Shown here piece after piece: positions 48,955-56,937 of a DNA stretch of 64,000 nucleotides (its first letter is position 1; each line of letters opens with the position of its first letter). The notes below the pieces were generated by a model. That model worked only from the letters and a program-made list of their open reading frames with translations, ran no database searches and had not been told where the DNA came from. A program made the translations under genes and the position numbers. Source of the stretch: Candidatus Falkowbacteria bacterium RIFOXYC2_FULL_36_12 (GTDB lineage: Bacteria; Patescibacteriota; Patescibacteriia; UBA11705); assembly GCA_001778235.1 (NCBI GenBank), contig MFGJ01000001.1:5152-69151 (forward strand), given 5' to 3'.

Positions 48955-49317
48955 AAAAATATGCTCCTCCCCTTACATTAGGAACGAGTTTTTTGATTGT
49001 CTTAAGTTGTAGCGACACTAACCCCGTAAAACATTGTAATTTTTGGTGAACCTGGAACCTCCGATTTATAATCAAAAGGCCAAGTTCCTAGATTGGGGAG
49101 ATTAAATTTAATGTAAATCTGCATTAATACTATCAAATAATTAAATGTCTGTCAAATATCTGATATTTGCCCAGTTCTTTACTCTTTTTAGTCAAAAAAA
49201 AATGTCAATAAAAAGTATCCACAAGGTTGTGGTAATTTTACGATTGACAAACTACACGATTTATTGCAATAAAACATCCACGAGAAATGAATATTTTATA
49301 AAGCTTTATTTATGTTG

Positions 49318-49626
49318 TTATTGTTTGTGATTTCGTTTTTCCATGAAATAATAAATAATTGCCCCGATTATACCAGTAAAAACTATAACCAAAATCCAGA
49401 CAGTCTGATTGTCTTTTTGATTTTTGATTGCATCGATTAGCATCCAAAGCCAAAAAACAAAAACTGCTCCAAAAATAACCACCATAATAACCGGTAAAAA
49501 CCAAATCCATGTTGGCATCTGATCACAAGGGACAACTTCGCCATTGAGAGTGCATGTTTGAGCCAGTACTGGGGAAGCAATAAGAAATGATGCGATTGCA
49601 ACAAATAAACTTTTTATAATTTTCAT
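49318..49626 (-). CDS. Small secreted/membrane protein (signal peptide plus two C-terminal TM).
   Basis: MKIIKSLFVAIASFLIASPVLA signal-like N-terminus. Hypothetical. Confidence 0.35.
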   Translation of the reverse strand: MKIIKSLFVAIASFLIASPVLAQTCTLNGEVVPCDQMPTWIWFLPVIMVVIFGAVFVFWLWMLIDAIKNQKDNQTVWILVIVFTGIIGAIIYYFMEKRNHKQ

Positions 49627-49636
49627 TTTTTTATAT

Positions 49637-49876
49637 TTATTTATTAGAATAAATTACTAAACCGATTATTACTACAAGAATAATAACTGAAACGATTATA
49701 ACGGCTGCTTTGGCTAATGGATTATTGGTCTCAATAGAGACTTTTTTTTCAAACTTGAACGATTTGTTCATAGGTTTATATTTATTTTTAATTAATATAT
49801 TTTTGAGTAAATCAGAATGTATCTTACTTTCACGACTAGCTGTAAACTGAAGAAACTCAACTAATTTGATGAACAA
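49637..49876 (-). CDS. Small C-tail-anchored membrane protein.
   Basis: 79 aa with a C-terminal TM (AAVIIVSVIILVVIIGLVIY). Hypothetical. Confidence 0.3.
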   Translation of the reverse strand: MFIKLVEFLQFTASRESKIHSDLLKNILIKNKYKPMNKSFKFEKKVSIETNNPLAKAAVIIVSVIILVVIIGLVIYSNK

Positions 49877-49888
49877 TTCTAAAGTTGA

Positions 49889-50827
49889 TTAAACCAAGGT
49901 TGTAATTGGTCGGCTCTGAACAATATAAAATTCTCCTCTTGCAAATGCCCATTCAATATCGCAAGGGAATTCATAATGTTCTTCTATGTGTTTACAAATT
50001 TCTGCGATTTCAAGTATTTGTTCTTCTGATAATTTCTGTTTACTACCCTTTTCTTCTACTAAATCTTGTTGTTCAGTATTATTCCTTTTTTGAACTATAT
50101 GCATTTTTTGGACTGAAATATTTTGATCAATAATTTTCATTGTTTCCTTGTCTACAACATATGAATCTGGTGTGACTAGACCACCAACGATTGCTTCTCC
50201 TTGTCCAAAGATTGCTTCAATTATCATCTGATTTTTATCTTGAGTAACTGGATGAACAGTAAAGGTAATTCCTGAAATTTCGCTGTCAATCATTTTTTGA
50301 ATAACGACTGCAACTGAAACTTTTTTATCTTTTAAACCTTGTTCAATTCGGTAATGAATTGCTCGAGGAGTAAAAAGTGAAGCCCAGCATTTTTTCACTG
50401 AATCTAATAAATTTTCATGATTAACAAATAAATAACTTTCTAGTTCACCGGCCCAGGAAGCTGTTGATGAATCCTCTGCTGTTGCACTACTACGAACTGC
50501 AACATATTTCGCATTGAGATCTGAAAAAGATTTTTCTATCTCCTGCGCTATATCATCAGGCATTGTTGCTCCTATAATAAGCGATTCAATAGTTTTCGAA
50601 GCATTGTCAATACTGTTTACATCATCAGAATTTGCTTTGTCCATTTGGGCGTCAATTTCTACATTGATATCTGTTACTTCAAGAAATTTTTCAAAACTAT
50701 TGGATAAAACTACAAAACCGTCGGGGACTGGTATGCTGTTATTAATCATCTCACCGAGCGATGCACCTTTGCCACCGGCAATTTTCACATCTGATTTATT
50801 TATTTTTTTTATTTTTTTACAAAACAT
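49889..50827 (-). CDS. PEP-synthase / pyruvate-phosphate-dikinase N-terminal nucleotide-binding (ATP-grasp, PPDK_N) domain protein.
   Basis: KIAGGKGASLGEM matches the VGGKGANLGEM motif of PEP synthase and rifampin phosphotransferase ATP-binding domains. It is a stand-alone 312-aa protein whose start lies 2 bp after the upstream gene's stop. Confidence 0.65.
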   Translation of the reverse strand: MFCKKIKKINKSDVKIAGGKGASLGEMINNSIPVPDGFVVLSNSFEKFLEVTDINVEIDAQMDKANSDDVNSIDNASKTIESLIIGATMPDDIAQEIEKSFSDLNAKYVAVRSSATAEDSSTASWAGELESYLFVNHENLLDSVKKCWASLFTPRAIHYRIEQGLKDKKVSVAVVIQKMIDSEISGITFTVHPVTQDKNQMIIEAIFGQGEAIVGGLVTPDSYVVDKETMKIIDQNISVQKMHIVQKRNNTEQQDLVEEKGSKQKLSEEQILEIAEICKHIEEHYEFPCDIEWAFARGEFYIVQSRPITTLV

Positions 50828-50829
50828 AT

Positions 50830-51759
50830 CTATATTGCGTCTATTTTTTTGGCCTTTATATTTTTAGCTTCCATATATTCTCCAGCTAATTTTTTTATCT
50901 CTTCTAAATCCAAATCAAATTTTTGTTCTGATCCATTTTCCCGTTTCAAAACAAAAGATACTTTTTTGTGGCCACTCATATCATTCTCGACAACTAAATC
51001 CCAGCTATCTAAAATCTTTAGACTGCCACCGATTTCTTCCAATGAATCCAAGCCGTGTTTGCCATTATCTTGGATTAACGCGTATTTGAGAAAGGCTTCA
51101 GTTGAAGTTTTATGCCCTGAACTAACCAAATCAATTACTCGCCCGCCAGGCATGTAATCTGGTAGATTCAGTAAACGATTAACTTTAAACGCCACACCCG
51201 TTGCATCAAATCTAGAGATCAAAACGCCACTCTTATCTTTTGCTTCATTGACTAACCAGTCAACTGATTCTTCTTCAGCATATTCCATGATTTCTTCCTG
51301 TTCGTCAGAACTTAATTGTTTAAAATTCGCATTAGGAAAATGTTCATTTATGTATTCTTTTTTGCGTTTATCCATCAGCTCCACATACTTTTTATTAATT
51401 TCCGGGTCAGCGTCAGCTTCATCAACTTCAGGAATTGGCAATTCAAAAAAAGCTGATGCTCCTTGTTTTTTTTGTAAAACTTTTATATCAATTCCTGCTG
51501 ATTCAAGAGCATGTCTCAAAGTTTCTTCGGTTCGGTCAATCTCTGTGGCATAGGCCCGATTTACTTTTCTATCAGTTAAATTTTTTTTGCCATATTGACC
51601 GGCCCGATCAATGCCACCAATTGATAAATTTGACAGCGACACCCCAGCTCCATCAAAAACATTGCCGGATTTTTTTTGGGAATGTCGGACAAAAGTAAAA
51701 GTAACCTTGGTGTTTTTACCGCGTTCTTGTTTTTCCGGGCCAAGTAATACTTCTTTCAT
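50830..51759 (-). CDS. Putative histidine-phosphatase-superfamily protein (phosphoglycerate-mutase-like).
   Basis: FTFVRHSQKKSGN fits the [LIVM]-x-R-H-[GS] phosphohistidine signature. A second His sits in the LVSSGHKTSTEAF context. It lies between the two dikinase-domain genes. Confidence 0.4.
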   Translation of the reverse strand: MKEVLLGPEKQERGKNTKVTFTFVRHSQKKSGNVFDGAGVSLSNLSIGGIDRAGQYGKKNLTDRKVNRAYATEIDRTEETLRHALESAGIDIKVLQKKQGASAFFELPIPEVDEADADPEINKKYVELMDKRKKEYINEHFPNANFKQLSSDEQEEIMEYAEEESVDWLVNEAKDKSGVLISRFDATGVAFKVNRLLNLPDYMPGGRVIDLVSSGHKTSTEAFLKYALIQDNGKHGLDSLEEIGGSLKILDSWDLVVENDMSGHKKVSFVLKRENGSEQKFDLDLEEIKKLAGEYMEAKNIKAKKIDAI

Positions 51760-51825
51760 AAAATTAATATTAAATTACTTAATTATTTATCCATAGCTCG
51801 AGTGACTCACAATGACAAGGTTTTT

Positions 51826-53172
51826 TTATTTTATTTTCCTTACTATTGAATTTTTTGTGTCCAATTCCACTAAATCTCCATCTTTAAATATTTCTGTCGC
51901 CGACTTTGTCCCAACTAAACCTGGTAATTTGAATTCCCGACAGACAATGGCTGCGTGGCAGGTAATACCACCCTCATCAGTAATTACTCCAGCAGCTTTT
52001 TTCAAGGCAGGGAGCAAATTTGGTCTGGTCATTTCCGTGACAATGATTTCGCCGCCTTTCATTTTCTTAATTTTTTCATTATGATTCCCAGCATCTTTAT
52101 ATGACAAAACTAACACCGGCCCGCTGACTTTACCGGAGGATACTGCAAATCCTTTTAATTGATCTCTTGATTTTTCATTCGCTTGGCCTGTTAAAATTTT
52201 CAATTTGTCTTCAGCTTCTTGCCCCCAATAGGTTTTAATTTTCTTTTGCTGATAAATTTTTAAACATCCTGTTAACCTTTTTTTAAGTTCGTCTCGACTT
52301 AGTTTTTTCGCTTTTCCAAAAAGTAGATTCTTTAATTCTGAGTAGAAATACAGCCGGCCATCGTCAGGCATCAAACCTACTCGCTCGTAAATTAAACTCA
52401 ATAGATAATCAAACCAAATCATCCCCGGCATATAAGTTAAGCGAATTTGATATCTTCTAAATTTTATCCGTGTCAAACTATCAATTATTTTTTTTATTTT
52501 TTCATTCGGATTTAATTGATTCATCAAATCAACTTTTTCCCGAATATCATTCTTCCCCTTCTCAAATAATTGCCCTTCATTTAAAAGTTCTTTCCAGTTT
52601 TTTGTTTGCTTCAAAACTTCGGTATATGACTGCGACATGAGCGGAGACGCCTCATTATAAATGAACTTTTTTTCGCTCAACAGCACCGTATCAATCGATT
52701 CGTTAATGTCTGCCACATTTTTGGTCGTTAACCACTCTTTGAGGTCATTTTCCAAAACACAATATTTATACTCATCTATAAAACTATAAACCACTACAAA
52801 CTGATCAAAAATTTCAAAATGTTTTTCAAAACGCAACCAAAGTTCTTGGTGATTCATAATCTCAAAATCAAGGTGCGCCATGTCTTTTATCAACAAAAAA
52901 TAATTGCTGATCGCCTGTTCCACTGCTTTTTCTACCAGCTGAATATTTTTTGCTTTAACAAAATATACCCGACCAAAATTTTCTGCCCGCGCCAATTCTT
53001 CTTCGGGCAAATACCATTCTGCATAATTCTTCTTTTGGTACATGGCTGACTGATTCGTCCCGAAACCAAACCTCTTTTGGCTTTTTTCACCTGTGGCTCT
53101 CAATATATTCCCCAAGTCAGCCAGCAGCAACCCTTCTTCTAACCACACTTTTATCCACTTAAAGTTTTTCAT
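51826..53172 (-). CDS. PEP-utilizing-enzyme mobile (phosphohistidine swivel) domain protein with a ~340-aa N-terminal putative substrate-binding region.
   Basis: The C-terminal GGITCHAAIVCREFKLPGLVG matches the GG-TSHAAI-ARE phosphohistidine-domain motif of PEP synthase, PPDK and rifampin phosphotransferase. Its start overlaps the MurE-like stop by 4 bp. Confidence 0.6.
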   Translation of the reverse strand: MKNFKWIKVWLEEGLLLADLGNILRATGEKSQKRFGFGTNQSAMYQKKNYAEWYLPEEELARAENFGRVYFVKAKNIQLVEKAVEQAISNYFLLIKDMAHLDFEIMNHQELWLRFEKHFEIFDQFVVVYSFIDEYKYCVLENDLKEWLTTKNVADINESIDTVLLSEKKFIYNEASPLMSQSYTEVLKQTKNWKELLNEGQLFEKGKNDIREKVDLMNQLNPNEKIKKIIDSLTRIKFRRYQIRLTYMPGMIWFDYLLSLIYERVGLMPDDGRLYFYSELKNLLFGKAKKLSRDELKKRLTGCLKIYQQKKIKTYWGQEAEDKLKILTGQANEKSRDQLKGFAVSSGKVSGPVLVLSYKDAGNHNEKIKKMKGGEIIVTEMTRPNLLPALKKAAGVITDEGGITCHAAIVCREFKLPGLVGTKSATEIFKDGDLVELDTKNSIVRKIK

Positions 53173-54791
53173 TGTTTTTTCAATAATTTTCTAACAACTT
53201 CTCGATCATCCCAAGGAATATATTTTCCGCCGGCAACGGCCATAGCTCTTTCTGAACCTTTGCCCGTGAGTAGGACTAAGTCTCCTGCCTGTGCCAAACT
53301 TAGGGCTCTTTCGATGGCGGAACGGCGGTCAAGAATTTTAAATAGATTTTGATTTTCAATTTTGCCCTTTTCGATAGCTCCGTCAGCAACTTGATTAATA
53401 ATAGTCTGCGGATCTTCATCATAAGGATCTTCATTGGTAACAATTACAATGTCAGCTTTGGATCCAGCCATGTTTCCAAGAATTGGACGGCGAGCTTTGT
53501 CTCGACCTCCGCCACAAGAACCGAGGACATGAATCAATTTTTTATAAGGCAAATCTGAATTTTTAATTTGATCCAAAGTTTCATAAAGTTTTTTCATGGA
53601 ACCTGGCTCTGGAGCATAATCGACCATAATTGAAAAATTTTGGCCTTGATTAATTAGCTCTGTGCGACCTGGAACAACTGGAACAGATTCAAGGGCTGAT
53701 TTAATTTTTGTTATTTCAATTCCTTCTTGTGTAGCAATTGCAATGGCTGGCAGAGAGTTTTCAACATTGAAGGCGCCGATGAGTTGTAAGTTGATAGTTG
53801 TTAGATTATAGTTGAAAGATGTGCCTTTGACTGAAACCTTAATGTCAGAAGCTTTGAAGTCGGCTTGCTTCTTTACGCTGAAGGTATTTTTTTTGTCAGC
53901 TGGGAAATTGAGAAAATATTCAGCGTGTTCATCGTCGATGTTTATAATTGAGATTTTTGGGATTGTTTTATTTTTATCATCATACCCTGAAACAAGTTCA
54001 GGGTGACAAGTGGGAGATCCTGAAACAAGTTCAGGGTGACAAGTGGGAGATCCTGAAACAAGTTCAGGATGACAAGTGTGGTGGGTGTGGAGTGTGCTTT
54101 GGGAAGTAGGTGTTTCAGGATGACAAGTGGGAGATCCTGAAACAAGTTCAGGATGACAAGTGTGGTAGGTGTGGAGTGTGCTTTGGGGAGTAGGTGTTTC
54201 AGGATGACAAGTGGGGTGTTCGGGGTGACAAGTGTGGGACTCTGACTGACAAGCGATAATATCCGAATAATTCTTTTTTGGCATTTTTGTCAGGTGTGAG
54301 AAGAATTTCCCTTTGGCTTTTTTATAATTTTCAAAACCGCCATGTGCCTCTATGTGCTCTGGAGTTAAGTTGGTAAAAACCGCATAATCATAATTTATTG
54401 CAATGTGCCGGTATTGTTCAACTCCTTGAGATGAAGTTTCAATTACAGCATATTTACAACCAGCATCAACCATTTTCTTTAGATATTTCTGAAGTTGAAA
54501 GCGACCGAGCATGGTCATTTTTTTATCATTTAATTTTTCTTCATTTGCTACCTTGAATAAAACTGTAGATAAAGCGCCAACTTTGTCTCCGCCAGCTTCA
54601 AGCGCTTTGGAAATAAGACTAACCGTAGTTGATTTGCCATTGGTGCCGGTAACTCCGATGACGATCATTTTATTGGAAGGATTACCATAAATAAAAGAAC
54701 CAAAAACCGCTAAACTCTTGTAATAAAACTGGAGTAAAAAATTGGGAATTAATTTTTTTATAAGATTTTTCATATAATTAAATACTATCAT
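53169..54791 (-). CDS. murE: Mur ligase family protein (MurE-like UDP-N-acetylmuramoyl-tripeptide ligase) carrying an in-frame ~85-aa repeat-encoded insertion.
   Basis: P-loop GVTGTNGKSTT, TPEHIEAHGGFENYKKAKGKFF, ISIINIDDEHA, GRTELINQGQNFSIMVDYA, and C-terminal DRRSAIERALSLAQAGDLVLLTGKGSE. The N-terminal domain is short (P-loop at residue ~50). Residues ~185-270 (HTCHPEHPTCHPETPTPQSTLHTYHTCHPELVSGSPTCHPE...) are encoded by the hairpin repeat array. Confidence 0.65.
   Translation of the reverse strand: MIVFNYMKNLIKKLIPNFLLQFYYKSLAVFGSFIYGNPSNKMIVIGVTGTNGKSTTVSLISKALEAGGDKVGALSTVLFKVANEEKLNDKKMTMLGRFQLQKYLKKMVDAGCKYAVIETSSQGVEQYRHIAINYDYAVFTNLTPEHIEAHGGFENYKKAKGKFFSHLTKMPKKNYSDIIACQSESHTCHPEHPTCHPETPTPQSTLHTYHTCHPELVSGSPTCHPETPTSQSTLHTHHTCHPELVSGSPTCHPELVSGSPTCHPELVSGYDDKNKTIPKISIINIDDEHAEYFLNFPADKKNTFSVKKQADFKASDIKVSVKGTSFNYNLTTINLQLIGAFNVENSLPAIAIATQEGIEITKIKSALESVPVVPGRTELINQGQNFSIMVDYAPEPGSMKKLYETLDQIKNSDLPYKKLIHVLGSCGGGRDKARRPILGNMAGSKADIVIVTNEDPYDEDPQTIINQVADGAIEKGKIENQNLFKILDRRSAIERALSLAQAGDLVLLTGKGSERAMAVAGGKYIPWDDREVVRKLLKKQ
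53985..54238. repeat. Hairpin repeat array (same family as 36894..37167) inside the MurE-like CDS, with the reading frame preserved.
   Basis: Three units of the 33-bp AGATCCTGAAACAAGTTCAGGGTGACAAGTGGG, then two 66-bp variants (…GTGTGGTGGGTGTGGAGTGTGCTTTGGGAAGTAGGTGTTTCAGGATGACAAGTGGG…). All unit lengths are multiples of 3. Confidence 0.85.
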
Positions 54792-54834
54792 TATTATTGC
54801 AAATTTTCAACCAAAAAACGCTAACATTGTAGCG

Positions 54835-55116
54835 CTAATCAATTATTTCTATTTCCCGTAGTTTACGGATTAAATCTCGCTTGGCATTGTTGACAGGCAT
54901 AAAAAACGATCCAGAACTTATAATTTCCTTTCCATGGTAGTATAGGCATTTGTATTTCCGGGTAGAAACCCATTTTTCTCCATTGTACCAACATTGCTCC
55001 CAGAGTTCAGCGGGGACATTCCCAATCAAGACAAAATCCTCAACTTTGCGAAATCTGGTATTGCCAAAACTGGGTTTACCTCGATTTCTTTCCATCTTCG
55101 CCTCCTGTTTTTCCAA
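54835..55116 (-). CDS. Hypothetical small protein.
   Basis: 93-aa ORF containing CWYNGEKW...CLYYHG. No recognised family. Confidence 0.3.
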   Translation of the reverse strand: MEKQEAKMERNRGKPSFGNTRFRKVEDFVLIGNVPAELWEQCWYNGEKWVSTRKYKCLYYHGKEIISSGSFFMPVNNAKRDLIRKLREIEIID

Positions 55117-55277
55117 GAAACAAAATCAATATAGCAAAAATAATTATCAATGTAAATATAGGCATCTTTGACAAATTTGTTATAATAGAATAGAATTTAT
55201 AATTAAATTCTGTTGTAGATTAGTTGCGAAAAAATCGTATTTACTAATTGATTGAGCCAACAGTAAAAATAACTTTT

Positions 55278-55616
55278 ATGACTGATCGAATGCTACAAAT
55301 AAATGTTTTGCTCCAACGAGCTATTGCGGAAATCATTACTTATGACATTGAATTGCCACAAGAATATTTGGTTACTGTAACAAGAGTAAAAACCGGGGCT
55401 GATCTGCGGGCGGCTACTGCATTTCTAAGTATTTTACCAATGGAACACAGCCGGGAGGCAATGGCTTATATCATCAGAAATAGGAAGCTAATACAAAAAC
55501 AACTTGGAGATAAAGTCCAGCTAAGATTTACTCCAAAAGTTTTATTCAAAGTTGATGTGACCGAACAAAAAGCAGCAGAAATCAATGATATCCTTGATAG
55601 GATCAAGGAAGAATAA
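55278..55616 (+). CDS. rbfA: Ribosome-binding factor A.
   Basis: MTDRMLQINVLLQRAIAEIIT...VTVTRVKTGADLRAATAFLSIL matches RbfA KH-like fold conservation. Start chosen at the ATG at 55278. Confidence 0.75.
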   Translation: MTDRMLQINVLLQRAIAEIITYDIELPQEYLVTVTRVKTGADLRAATAFLSILPMEHSREAMAYIIRNRKLIQKQLGDKVQLRFTPKVLFKVDVTEQKAAEINDILDRIKEE

Positions 55617-55618
55617 TT

Positions 55619-56587
55619 ATGAGCAATGGAGAAAAACTATTTTCACTTATAGATCAAAGCAGGAGAATACTGGTAATCGCGCATCGCCGACCTGATGGCG
55701 ACACAACAGGTTCTGCCTGCGCTTTTTTGGATTATCTACTATTGAAAGGAAAAATTGCTCGAGGATTTTGTATTGATATTATCCCAGAAAATCTAGGATT
55801 TCTATTGCCAGAAACTGATATTTTTTTTCATGATGTTTATCAGCTAGACTTAAATAGCTATGATTTAATTATTGCAGTGGATTGCGGGGAACTAAAACAA
55901 ACTGGGATTTCAGAGATTTTGCAAAATAGACCTGTAAAAACCTTGCTTATCAATATTGATCACCATCATACCAATGATTATTTTGGCGACATGAACATTG
56001 TTGAGTCGCAAGCATCTTCGACGGCAGAAATTGTACATAACCTATTTTTACAAACTGGAAAAATTTTATCAAAGAGAGCAATAAACTGCCTGCTGACGGG
56101 CATTTTGACTGATACAACATATTTCTCAAATGCTGCAACAACATCAAGTGCGATAAAATCCGCGTCAACCCTACTCGAACAAGGAGCCAAGATTAATCAA
56201 ATTACACAAAAAATCTGGCAAAATAAAAATCTCGCCAGTTTACAACTCTGGGGTAAAATCTTTGAACGGATTATATTCAACCAAGAAACTAAAACTGCAA
56301 CGGCAATTATTACCAAGGATGATTTAGACACCCCGGGTCTACCAGATGACTCACTTGAAGGAATTAGCAACTATTTAACATCTCTGGCAGATACAAAAAT
56401 TGTTTTGGTACTAATGCAAATTGATGACAATACAATAAAAGGTAGTCTACGAACAACTTATGATGATGTTGATGTTTCAGAAATTGCTCAAAGATATGGT
56501 GGCGGTGGGCACAAGAAAGCTGCTGGGTTTACAACACATGGAAAAATAGTTTTTGATGATATAAGTTGGAAAATTAAAACCACTTAA
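55619..56587 (+). CDS. nrnA: DHH-family phosphoesterase (NrnA-like oligoribonuclease / pAp phosphatase).
   Basis: HRRPDGDTTGS, DHHHTN and GGGH (DHHA1) motifs. A bidirectional terminator AAGAAGGCGTTTAACGGCCTTCTT lies at 56606-56632. Confidence 0.8.
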   Translation: MSNGEKLFSLIDQSRRILVIAHRRPDGDTTGSACAFLDYLLLKGKIARGFCIDIIPENLGFLLPETDIFFHDVYQLDLNSYDLIIAVDCGELKQTGISEILQNRPVKTLLINIDHHHTNDYFGDMNIVESQASSTAEIVHNLFLQTGKILSKRAINCLLTGILTDTTYFSNAATTSSAIKSASTLLEQGAKINQITQKIWQNKNLASLQLWGKIFERIIFNQETKTATAIITKDDLDTPGLPDDSLEGISNYLTSLADTKIVLVLMQIDDNTIKGSLRTTYDDVDVSEIAQRYGGGGHKKAAGFTTHGKIVFDDISWKIKTT

Positions 56588-56663
56588 TAATTTTTTATAA
56601 AACAAAAGAAGGCGTTTAACGGCCTTCTTTTAAATTTGATAGATATGAAATATAGAAAATCTG

Positions 56664-56891
56664 CTATTTGTTTTTTCTGAAAAATTTTATTGTTGTGACA
56701 ATTAATGCAATCAGAAAAATAATTGGGAGTAACCAGTGAACTGAACAATGTAAACGGAATGGAATCAATAATAGGGTTGAAGAATCACCTAATCCGCCAT
56801 GACAGGTTCCGAGTGTATAACCATAAAACCAATTAGCAAGCGACCAAAGAAGCAAAATATACCAAACTATTGTTTTTTTGATGTAACTCAT
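56664..56891 (-). CDS. Small membrane protein (2 TM).
   Basis: 75-aa ORF with two hydrophobic helices. Hypothetical. Confidence 0.3.
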   Translation of the reverse strand: MSYIKKTIVWYILLLWSLANWFYGYTLGTCHGGLGDSSTLLLIPFRLHCSVHWLLPIIFLIALIVTTIKFFRKNK

Positions 56892-56937
56892 AATTCTTTA
56901 CTTATTTATTTACTTAATTCTTTACTTATTTATTTAC

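Noticed and set aside
49145-49330. Track ORF (+, 61 aa) in the rpoB upstream region.
   Set aside because: It lies in the rpoB 5' leader and promoter region, is AT-rich and low-complexity, and has no RBS.
53985-54238. Possible CRISPR or an assembly artefact inside murE.
   Set aside because: The units abut directly with no spacers and have variable length. The ORF stays open with multiples of 3. This is a repeat insertion. An assembly artefact cannot be excluded from sequence alone.
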